DNA of 64,000 nucleotides from Bacillota bacterium (GTDB taxonomy: Bacteria; Bacillota; Sulfobacillia; Sulfobacillales; JAIMBI01). The stretch lies in contig JAJZWV010000006.1 in NCBI GenBank assembly GCA_021846505.1, positions 14,448-78,447 on the forward strand. The letters are read 5' to 3'. The notes beneath the pieces are model-generated. The model had not been told where the DNA came from. It did no database searches and worked only from the letters and a program-made list of their open reading frames with translations. Below are positions 55,858-64,000 of the stretch, one piece after another. A program made the position numbers and the translations under genes. Positions within the stretch are counted from its first letter, which is position 1. Every line of letters starts with the position of its first letter.

Positions 55858-56493
55858 CTACTCGCCTGCCGGCGATCCAACATCGCCGCTCGGCTCCTCG
55901 CCCCCGCCCGCCGACACTTTGACCAAGGCGGCTCGCAGCACCCGGTCCCGCCACCGAAAGCCCGCCTGAAATTCTTCCAGCACCGTGCCCTCGGGCTCCC
56001 GGTCGGGGACGCTCTGAACCGCCTCGTGAATCGCGGGGTCAAACGGGTGCCCAGTCGTGGCCACGCGCTCCACGCCCTGCGAGGCCAAGCCGTCCAAAAA
56101 ACTTTGCCGCGTCATTTCCAGGCCCCTTTTGAGCCCGGATTCCAAATCGCCCGGCATGGCGGCGAGGGCCCGCTCCAGATTGTCGTACGCGGGCAGGAGG
56201 GCCGCCAGCAGCGCGCGCGCCACCGCCGCGCGCTGCTCGTCCCGCTCGCGGTCCGCGCGCCGCCGAAAATTGTCAAAGTCCGCCGACAGCCGCAAGAACT
56301 GCTGGTGCCGCTCCTCCGCTAGAGCTTCCGCCCGCTGGAGCCGGAGGCCAGGCTCCTCTGACTCCTCGCTCTCGGTGACGTCTTCCTCGGCCACCGTCGC
56401 CTCGCCGCCGCGCTGGGCCTCTTCGGGGGCCGTGGCGCTGGATTCCCCAGACTCCTCGGGGGCTTCAGCGTCGTGATGCGTATCTCTTGCCAT
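55858..56493 (-). CDS. grpE: Nucleotide exchange factor GrpE
   Basis: ADFDNFRRR, LLPAYDNLERA, FDPAIHEAV and G..RVLRAALVKV motifs. Confidence 0.95.
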   Translation of the reverse strand: MARDTHHDAEAPEESGESSATAPEEAQRGGEATVAEEDVTESEESEEPGLRLQRAEALAEERHQQFLRLSADFDNFRRRADRERDEQRAAVARALLAALLPAYDNLERALAAMPGDLESGLKRGLEMTRQSFLDGLASQGVERVATTGHPFDPAIHEAVQSVPDREPEGTVLEEFQAGFRWRDRVLRAALVKVSAGGGEEPSGDVGSPAGE

Positions 56494-56522
56494 CCGTCCG
56501 ATCACTCCTCATGAGTCCGGTC

Positions 56523-57536
56523 TCACCCCAGGGCCCGATTCCATTCCGTCGCCACCTGCTCCACCGCCGCCAGCACATGGCCGTAGTCCATGCGTCGTGG
56601 GCCCACGACCGCCACGTGGCCCAGCACCTGGCCGCCCGAGCGGAGGGTGGCACTGACCAGCGACAGGTCATGGTCCGCCATGTCGGCAAGCTCCCGGCCG
56701 ATGCGCACCGCCATCGGCTCATCGCCGAGACCGGCCAGGAGGCGCCCCACGAAGGTGTCGCGCGTCAACAGCTCCCACACCGCGCGGATGCGCGCCACCT
56801 CATGAAACTCCGGCAAACCAAACAGCGTGTCAAATCCCTCGACGGTCGCCAGCGGCTCTCGGTCAGTATCTCCTCCCGGCAGCAGGGACAGCAGCTCCTC
56901 TACCAAGGCGGCATGTCGCCCCAGCGCGCGCTCCAGATACGCCAAGTGCACGTCGGCCACCTCGGCCAGGGGCCGGCCCGCCAGCTCCCGCGACAGCACA
57001 CTCGTCATATGCGCCAAATCCGCCGGCGCCAAGTCGGCCGGAATGGACAAAATGCGGTGCGCCACTAAACCCGTGTCGGTTTCGGCCAGGAGGGCCGCTC
57101 CGCCTTCGCCCAGCGGCAGCAGCTGCAGGCTCAGAAGCCTAGGCATGCGCGGCGCGGGCATCACGACCACGGCAGGATATCCCGTGAGGCTGGACAGCAG
57201 CCGCGCCGTCTGCTGCAGAAACCACGTGGCTTCCCGCACCTGCGCCCGATAGGCGGCCCGAATGCGGACGCCTTCCTGCGCGGGCAGTGTGCGCCGCACC
57301 AGCAGGCGGTCGACATAATAGCGATAGCCTTTGTCCGACGGCACGCGCCCCGCCGACGTGTGCGGCTTGTCCAGGTATCCCCACTCTTCCAGGTCCGCCA
57401 GCTCGTTGCGCAGCGTGGCGGCTGACAGCCCAAAGCCATTGCGCCGCGCCAAGGTGCGCGAGCCCACTGGCTCCGCCGACTCCAAGTACTGGTTGATGAC
57501 CGCGGCCAGCACGCGGGACTTTCTGTCGTCCACCAC
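56523..57536 (-). CDS. hrcA: Heat-inducible transcription repressor HrcA
   Basis: EPVGSRTL, SAATLRNELADLE, PHTSAGRVPSDKGYRYYVD and GPRRMDY motifs. Confidence 0.96.
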   Translation of the reverse strand: MVDDRKSRVLAAVINQYLESAEPVGSRTLARRNGFGLSAATLRNELADLEEWGYLDKPHTSAGRVPSDKGYRYYVDRLLVRRTLPAQEGVRIRAAYRAQVREATWFLQQTARLLSSLTGYPAVVVMPAPRMPRLLSLQLLPLGEGGAALLAETDTGLVAHRILSIPADLAPADLAHMTSVLSRELAGRPLAEVADVHLAYLERALGRHAALVEELLSLLPGGDTDREPLATVEGFDTLFGLPEFHEVARIRAVWELLTRDTFVGRLLAGLGDEPMAVRIGRELADMADHDLSLVSATLRSGGQVLGHVAVVGPRRMDYGHVLAAVEQVATEWNRALG

Positions 57537-57562
57537 GCCACCCCCGCCATGGGATATGCCCG

Positions 57563-57589
57563 TTAGCACTCTCCATACGAGAGTGCTAA
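57563..57589. promoter_or_regulatory. CIRCE operator (HrcA binding site)
   Basis: Perfect TTAGCACTC-N9-GAGTGCTAA. Confidence 0.97.
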
Positions 57590-57598
57590 GTCGGTTAG

Positions 57599-57627
57599 AA
57601 GGTACCTGGGCAGGGCGCGGCTGTCAA
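57599..57627 (-). promoter_or_regulatory. sigmaA promoter of the hrcA operon
   Basis: TTGACA-N17-TACCTT immediately upstream of CIRCE. Confidence 0.75.
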
Positions 57628-57859
57628 GAGTTCCTGGCAGGCGCCCGTGCCCATATCGGCCGCACTGGCGCGGGGCGCCCCCCCTTCTCTCAACACCCTG
57701 CCCACCGTTCTCTAAGCCGGCACTGTGTTCCAGAACGGCTGCCTTGCCCCGATGGGTGCCCGAGCGGTCTCCCAACGCCCTCGAGACCCTCTGGCGGGCG
57801 GCCGCTTCCCGCCCCCCGCGGGAGCCCGGCGCTCCAGCGGCATAGTGCCTCGACCGGCA

Positions 57860-60278
57860 TCAGGTCCGCGCCGCCAGCAGCTCGGTGATGGCACTGAGGA
57901 GGGCGGGGGGCAGGCCCGGACTGCAGTCGGGCTAAGGTCACCACCCCATCGGCGCCATCGCGCAAGGTGTCCCACGCCGCCCTTTTCGCCTCATGCCCGC
58001 AGTGGGCCTGGCTCAGGACCTGGTAGAGGCGCTCGCGGACGTCGGCCGTCCTGGGTGTCAGCCCAGGGCCAAATGCCACGCCCAACGCGCGGTCCGTCGG
58101 CACGGCCGCCGCCGTGACGCTGACCCGCCCGGAGGCCGCCGACACCGGGCGGCGCTGGCCGTCCACCCACACCTCGCCGGCGGCCGCCAGCAGGGTGATC
58201 GTCCAGGTGCGGGTTCGGGGAACGACATCCCCTCTGCCCGTGGGCGGCCCAATGGTGAGGGTGCCACTGGCTTGGTCCCACGTGATCGGGGTGGCGGCGG
58301 CCGGCACCGGCGCGAGGCCGCCGCCGGTGCCGTTATCCTCCACCAGCACGAACGACCCATCGGCCCCTGGCGCGACGATCAGTTCCAGGTGGGCGGGGTT
58401 CTTGTCGGCCTCGAGATCGGCCGCCCCGGCCAGGGGCACTATCGCTCCCGCCGCCAGCAGCACCGGAATCGAGCCGCGGCCGCGGTGCAGGGTCATCTCG
58501 CCGCCGCCATCATAGCTCACGCCGGTAAAAAAGTCGGTCCACGTGCCCGCCGGCAGCCAGGCGCGCACCGCGCCCATGAGGGTCACCGCATCATGCGGCG
58601 CCGTGATGGGTGCCACGATCATCGCGGTGCCAAAGGCGAATTGGTTGGGAACCGCGTAAGCGCGGTCGTCGTTCGGATAGAGATGATGCATGGGCCGCAC
58701 CAGCGGCAGTCCTTCGGCGGACGCCCGGTGGTTCATGGTGTGCAGATAGGGCACCAGCCGGTGCCGCAGCCTCAGCGCGTCCTGCAGGGCCGCCCGCACG
58801 TCCGGCCCAAACACCCACGGCTCTTTGGCCAAAAACGGGTTCTCCGAGGAGTGGAGGCGCAGGATCGGGGAAAACACCCCCAGCTGGACCCAGCGCAGCG
58901 TGAGCTCATCGTCGCGGGCGCCGCCAAAGTGGCCGCCGACATCGTGGCTCCACCACCCGTAGCCAACGTTGGCCGCAGTCGCCGTCACTTCCGGCTGGAA
59001 GTCCAGCGATGCCCACGATATGACGGTGTCTCCGGAGAAGCCCACCGGGTAGCGATGGCTGCCGGACCCCGCGTAGCGGGACAGAATCAAGGGGCGCCGG
59101 CCGCCTTTCCCCGCGTCGAGAAAGTGGTAGTGGTTCAGGAGCCACAAGGGGTCCACACCGGCCAGCCGGGAGTAGTGCCCCTGCTGCCAGTCGATCCACC
59201 AAAAGTCCACGCCCTGCTGCTCAAGCGGCCGCAGCAGCACCTCAAAGTACGCCTCCCGGAACGCAGGGTCCGTCAGGTCAAACTCGATCGGCTCTCCCGT
59301 GCCGGGGCGGCCCAGCGCCTGCGCCATCTCGGGGTAGCGCTCCTCGAACGACCGCACGCCATCCGCCGGGTGGAGGTTGAGTGTGGCGCGGAGCCCCTTC
59401 CCGTGCAGGTCCTCCAGAAACGCTGCCGGATCCGAAAACAGCTCGGAGTCCCAGGTATAGCCGGTCCAGCCGCTGCCGTGGGCCGGGTCCACCGCGTGCA
59501 CCAAGTGCCAGTCCATGTCCAGCACCGCGATGGATAGGGGAATGCCCTCGGCCTGGAAGCGGGTGACCAGCTCCAGGTACTCTCGGGCACTGTAGGGGTG
59601 GTACCGGCTCCACCAGTTGCCCAGCGCCCACCGCGGCAGCACCGGGGGCGGGCCGGACACTTGGTACAATGCTCGCACGGCCTCGGCATAGTCGCGCCCG
59701 TACGCGAACAGATAGAGATCCTGCCCGCCCGGCCGCCGCGTGGCGGGGTGCCCGCCCCCATCAAACAGCAGCGACGCCGAGTCGTCCAGAACGGCAAGGC
59801 CGCGGCGCGACACGACACCTGGCCCCAGTGCGGCTCGGCCGTCCACTTCGTCCAGGGTCCGGAGCGTCCCGCCCAGATTCGGCACGGGAACGCCAAAGCG
59901 CCACACGGCATGGGAGCTTTCGGGCCCGTGCCGGAGGCTCGCCGTGAGGCCATGCGGGGTAAACGGCCCCCCGTCATAGTCCAGGCGAACGCGCGCTGTG
60001 GCCAGCGACAGGCCACGCGTTGACCGCCGCACCTCGAACGCGGGCACAGGCAGCCGGCGGTTCACGGCGAACGACGACGCCCGATCTTCGAACCCTCCAT
60101 CCCCCGACCACTCGATCCGTATGAGGCCCTCGGCAAGCACGGTGAACCGCCACTGTTCCCCCTGCACGACCGCCGCCGCGTCTGCGCCGGGCTCCCCGGC
60201 CAACCGATCCGATCCCAGTGCGCCACCTTCTCTCTGCCGGACAGCCGGCTTGGCTTGGCTCCCATGGGCCGCCCACAA
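57860..60278 (-). CDS. Glycoside hydrolase family 31 (alpha-glucosidase/xylosidase); apparent frameshift near the 3' end, start uncertain
   Basis: LGNWWSRY, DMDWH, FWWIDWQQG (nucleophile), SGDT and WWSHDVGGH motifs; the natural C-terminus LLSAITELLAART* is in a shifted frame, and the frame as written runs to 57690. Confidence 0.88.
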
Positions 60279-60496
60279 AAGCGCGCCCGCCAGACGTATA
60301 GCACCCCTGCCCGCCTGTCAAGCCGGACGCGCTCGGCCGTGCGTGTCCTCGGACGCGCTCGGACAGCATCGCTGAGCCACTGCCTTCACGCTATGGCCGA
60401 TTTTGGCATAAGTGCAGCCCGGTGGCCGCTCTCGAGCCCGCACAGGGGCGAGCGTGCGGCGCCCGCCCCTGTGCGGGGCTCGGGCAAAGCCAGGCA

Positions 60497-61765
60497 TTAC
60501 CCGCCCGCAGCGGCGGGCGGCCGCGAGTCGCTCAGCCGAAAGTTGCGAATGCCCCGCACGGCCAGCGCCGCCACCACGCACCCGGCCATCAGCAGTGCGG
60601 CCAGCCCGTAGCTGCCATGGGCCCCAATGGCATCGCCCACGAGCCCCACCCCCCCGTAGGTGATGGGAATGGCAAATCCGCTCATCATGGTGCTGAGTGA
60701 GCTGACGCGCCCGCGGAGGGGACTGGGGACGATGGTTTGAATCATGGTGGCGCCCGGGGCGTTAGCCGACACCAGGCCGATGCCCAACAGCACGTTGCCG
60801 AGATCCGCGGCCCCTAGCGCAGCCGAGACGGCCACCAGCGTGAGTCCCAGCCCCTCCAGCGCCAGCGCCAGCGCAAATGACCAGCCCACGCGGTCCAGCG
60901 CCAGCATGCCAATGAGAAGGCCGCCCGCGATGATCCCGGCCCCAATCGCCGCATCGAACAGCCCGAGCGCACTGGCCGGCGCGTGGAAGTCTTGGCGGAT
61001 GAGCATCGGGGCCAACACATTGGTGGGGCCCAGGGCTACGTTGCTGACCATCCCAATGCCACTGATCGCCAGCAGCACCGGGCGCTGGCGCATCCACCGC
61101 CAGGCCTCACCCAGTTCCTGCTTCGCACTCGAGCGCCGCGCCCCGACCGCCAATCCCGCTGCGGGCGGCGGCGTGTGCACATAGTGAACCCCCGCGACCA
61201 GAGCGGCCGCTAAGCTCAAGGCCAGCACATCAGCGCTCATGGCGGCGGCCGCGCCGGCTGCCACCATGACAATCCCGCCCAGGGCGGACCCTGCCACTCG
61301 AGCCGCCTGCCGAGAGGTGTGGAACAGCGCGTTGGCCGCCATCAGGTCCTCCCGGCGGACAATCTCCGGGAAGATGCCGGCGCGCGCGGGATTGTAGAGG
61401 GCGCCGGCGGCGCCCATCACCGCCGTGATGGCGTACACCGGCCACAGGGCGCGCCCGCCGCGCCACACCGTAGCGGCGAGCCCGCCTGCCAGAGCGGCCG
61501 CTGCCACGTTGGCGAGCACCATCAGCTGCCGGCGGTGCCGCCGGTCGGCCAGCGCCCCGAACCAGGGACCCAATACCACCATCGGCACAAAGGCCGCTGC
61601 CGCGACGAGGCCCGTATCGAGGCCGGATCCGCTTTCGGCAAACACATACCACATCACCGCGACGTCAAAGAAATATGTTCCGAAGGCGGCAAGCGTCTCC
61701 GCCAGCCACATCCGTCGGACGCCGTGATTTGACCTCAGCAGCGAGCCAAACACACCCAGATTCAC
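60497..61765 (-). CDS. MFS transporter (DHA3/MefA-like efflux)
   Basis: About 12 TM helices, GALADRRHRRQLM, YNPARAG..PEIV and PSPLRGRV motifs. Confidence 0.88.
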   Translation of the reverse strand: MNLGVFGSLLRSNHGVRRMWLAETLAAFGTYFFDVAVMWYVFAESGSGLDTGLVAAAAFVPMVVLGPWFGALADRRHRRQLMVLANVAAAALAGGLAATVWRGGRALWPVYAITAVMGAAGALYNPARAGIFPEIVRREDLMAANALFHTSRQAARVAGSALGGIVMVAAGAAAAMSADVLALSLAAALVAGVHYVHTPPPAAGLAVGARRSSAKQELGEAWRWMRQRPVLLAISGIGMVSNVALGPTNVLAPMLIRQDFHAPASALGLFDAAIGAGIIAGGLLIGMLALDRVGWSFALALALEGLGLTLVAVSAALGAADLGNVLLGIGLVSANAPGATMIQTIVPSPLRGRVSSLSTMMSGFAIPITYGGVGLVGDAIGAHGSYGLAALLMAGCVVAALAVRGIRNFRLSDSRPPAAAGG

Positions 61766-62171
61766 CGCACACCTCCGTCATGGCCCATGCTCCCGCCGGC
61801 GCAGGCGGCAATCCATCGGCCGGAAGTACAGTTTCGACTCGTCCTCCTCGACTCGCGTCCCCCTCGATTCACAGCGCGACTCGCCGCGCCGGCGCTCATC
61901 AGACATCAGGGCCCTTGTGGACCGAAAACGCGTTCATGCAGGGGTGTGTCGCATTCGCAGCCCACCCCGTGCGCTGCGGCGGGGCGCCACCGGGCCTATT
62001 GACCCTGCTGGCCCGGTGCCAACGGCCCGGGATTGCCGGACCGGACAGCGGTTATCCCTCGGCACAGGCTCTGCCAGCGTGAGGCGAAAGGCGGCGGATG
62101 CCCCGGTGGCGTATGATGCAAATTGGTGCGGCAGGGCCGGCACTGGAATTTTGCATGAGGAGTGAGCGCTG

Positions 62172-63038
62172 ATGGCCGTGGGTGGCATGTTTCTGGACCG
62201 CCCCGGGGCCCCCCCGCTGTTTGTGCGCCGGGTGGGGCCGGCCGCGGGGCATCCTCCGCGCGCGCACCTTCTGCTGGTGCACGCTTCGATGGTCCACTCC
62301 GAGTATTATCTGCCGCTGGCCAGCGAGCTAGCCTCCGCGGACATTGACGTATGGATCCCGGATCTGCGCGGCCACGGCCGGTCGGGGGGGATTCCCGGCC
62401 ATTTGGGTCACTGGCGCCAGCACGTGGCAGATGTGGCCGACGCCTTTGCGGCGATGTGCCGCGGGAGCACCGTCGGCGCCCCGCTGCTGCTGGCAGGCGA
62501 AAGCTACGGCGGCCTGATGGTGTATCTGGCGTGCCAGAGTCGGTTGGTCGACCCGGCCGCCACGCTCTTGCTGTCGCCAGCGCTGGGGCTGACCCTTCAG
62601 GTCAGCGCCCGCCAGCGCTGGTGGCTCCGGCACGTGGGGCGCCCGCTTCTGTCCCGGATGCGGCCAGTGCGCCCCCTGGGCCATGCCGGGATTGCCGCCG
62701 ATCCCTACATCGGCCGCCTCATTGACGCCGACCGCCAGACGTCGAGGCACTACACCCTCGGGTTTCTCGCCGCCCTGCTGGAGGCCGTTGAGGCGGCGCA
62801 CACGGCACCGCCTCGCGCTGCGCCTCCCATTCTGGCGCTGTTGAGCGCGGGCGACCCCGTGTGTGACAACGCTGCCGCCGAGCGCCTGCTCCGGAGGCAC
62901 CCGGCAGCCATCGTAAAGGTGCTGTCCGGCCCGCAGCACAGCCTGGTAGCCGACCTGCCGGAAGCCGTGGCAACCGAGATGCTGGCATGGGTCAGGCGGT
63001 GGGCGCCCGGACCCGTGTGCGCGCAGGTGCGCTCGTGA
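62172..63038 (+). CDS. Alpha/beta hydrolase (lysophospholipase-like)
   Basis: DLRGHGRS, GESYGG nucleophile elbow, DPVC and QHSL. Confidence 0.88.
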   Translation: MAVGGMFLDRPGAPPLFVRRVGPAAGHPPRAHLLLVHASMVHSEYYLPLASELASADIDVWIPDLRGHGRSGGIPGHLGHWRQHVADVADAFAAMCRGSTVGAPLLLAGESYGGLMVYLACQSRLVDPAATLLLSPALGLTLQVSARQRWWLRHVGRPLLSRMRPVRPLGHAGIAADPYIGRLIDADRQTSRHYTLGFLAALLEAVEAAHTAPPRAAPPILALLSAGDPVCDNAAAERLLRRHPAAIVKVLSGPQHSLVADLPEAVATEMLAWVRRWAPGPVCAQVRS

Positions 63039-64000
63039 TGGTCACAGCCTCTTCGCCCCAGCCGTACCAAGGCGTCCGCTACCACCTGCAGCCGGCCCGG
63101 GTCGCGGCCCAGCGTCTGTGGCCCGCGCGCGCCCAGGCGCTCGGGCTGGGGGCGCTGAAATTGGAGTCGCTGGCGCCGCCCCTCCTGCCGGCGGGCGGAA
63201 ACTGGGTGGAGTTGCTGCCCGTGTGGAGCGGCATCTGTGGCTCGGACGTCGGGATCATCACCGGGACCGCGTCGGCCTACCTGGCTCCGGTGACAGCCTT
63301 TCCCGCCGTGCTGGGCCACGAGATCGCGGCCCGCCGTGCAGATACCCAGGAGGCGGTGGTAGTGGACCCCTCGCTGGGCTGCCACGCCCGTGGCCTCCCA
63401 CCCTGCCGCGCCTGCGAGGCCGGCGTGTTCGACGGGTGTGAGCGCCACGCCGACGCCGCCCTGGGCCGCGGCCTGCTGCTGGGCTACCACGGTCGGCTGC
63501 CCGGGGGCTGGGCCACCCGGATGTGGGCCCCCGCTGCGCAGCTCCACTCCATCCCAGCGGCCTTGCCCCTGCGCCGGGCGGTGCTGGCCGAGCCGCTGGC
63601 GATCGTGCTGGCAGGGCTGGCCCGCGCAGAAGCATCGCTCGGGGGCACGGTGCTGGTGCTGGGCGCAGGGACCCTGGGCCTCCTCGCCACATGGGCGCTT
63701 GCGTCCGGCGGCGCTCGTGAGGTGATCGTGCAGGCGCGCCACCCCCATCAAGGCGATCTGGCGCTTTTGGTGGGCGCGCACCGCGTCGTGCACGGATCGC
63801 ACGAGGAGCGTGCGGCCATGGCGGGCGCTCCCTTGGGGCGGCCCCTCCTGGGGGCCCCACCTCTCCACCCCTGGGGCGTTGACGCGGTGGTTGACACCGT
63901 CGGCAGTCGCCACACCCTGGCCGAAGCCCTGGCGATCACACGTCCGGGCGGCTCGGTGCTGGTGCTGGGGGCCGCGAGCCGACCGCCGGCCGACCTGGCC
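63038..64000 (+). CDS. Zinc-dependent alcohol dehydrogenase (MDR), truncated by the window end
   Basis: ATG at 63038; SGICGSD, LGHE, C..C..C..C structural zinc site, AEPLA and GAGTLG. Confidence 0.88.
   Translation, partial: MVTASSPQPYQGVRYHLQPARVAAQRLWPARAQALGLGALKLESLAPPLLPAGGNWVELLPVWSGICGSDVGIITGTASAYLAPVTAFPAVLGHEIAARRADTQEAVVVDPSLGCHARGLPPCRACEAGVFDGCERHADAALGRGLLLGYHGRLPGGWATRMWAPAAQLHSIPAALPLRRAVLAEPLAIVLAGLARAEASLGGTVLVLGAGTLGLLATWALASGGAREVIVQARHPHQGDLALLVGAHRVVHGSHEERAAMAGAPLGRPLLGAPPLHPWGVDAVVDTVGSRHTLAEALAITRPGGSVLVLGAASRPPADLA

Noticed and set aside
62100-62160. sigma54 promoter (GGCAC...TTGC)
   Set aside because: GG-to-GC spacing is 12 nt rather than the required 10.
1-64000. 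Hundreds of long alternative-frame and antisense ORFs in the track (e.g. 35950-37308 +, 57993-59537 +, 2559-3530 +)
   Set aside because: Arg/Pro/Ala/Gly-rich shadows of real genes, expected in high-GC DNA; no recognisable motifs.
1-64000. CRISPR array, rRNA, prophage or integrase
   Set aside because: No regularly spaced repeats, rRNA signatures, or phage/tyrosine-recombinase motifs seen.

Overview
High-GC (roughly 70% by eye) bacterial chromosome segment, most consistent with a spore-forming Bacillota of the Sulfobacillus/Clostridia-like type. This is inferred from the gene order, yqfC/yqfD, sigmaH/sigmaG-like promoters, CIRCE and a type A RNase P RNA. The right half (31-57.6 kb, minus strand) is the conserved block hrcA-grpE-dnaJ-prmA-rsmE-HIT-rpsU-yqeY-yqfCD-phoH-pgpH-ybeY-dgkA-CNNM-cdd-era-recO-glyQS-ppsR-ppdK-dnaG-rpoD. 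It lacks dnaK, and a small unlisted zinc-finger ORF sits where mtaB usually lies. The left half is more accessory: argS, a dapF-like gene with both catalytic Cys replaced by Ser, helD, an ABC exporter with twin permeases, three tRNAs, rnpB, a decayed IS607 (tnpA/tnpB), several pseudogenes and alkA/ogt. The most notable candidate is a copZ gene followed by a tiny, eukaryote-like Cys-rich metallothionein ORF. No CRISPR array, rRNA or prophage is evident. All assignments come from motifs read by eye; no database searches were run.
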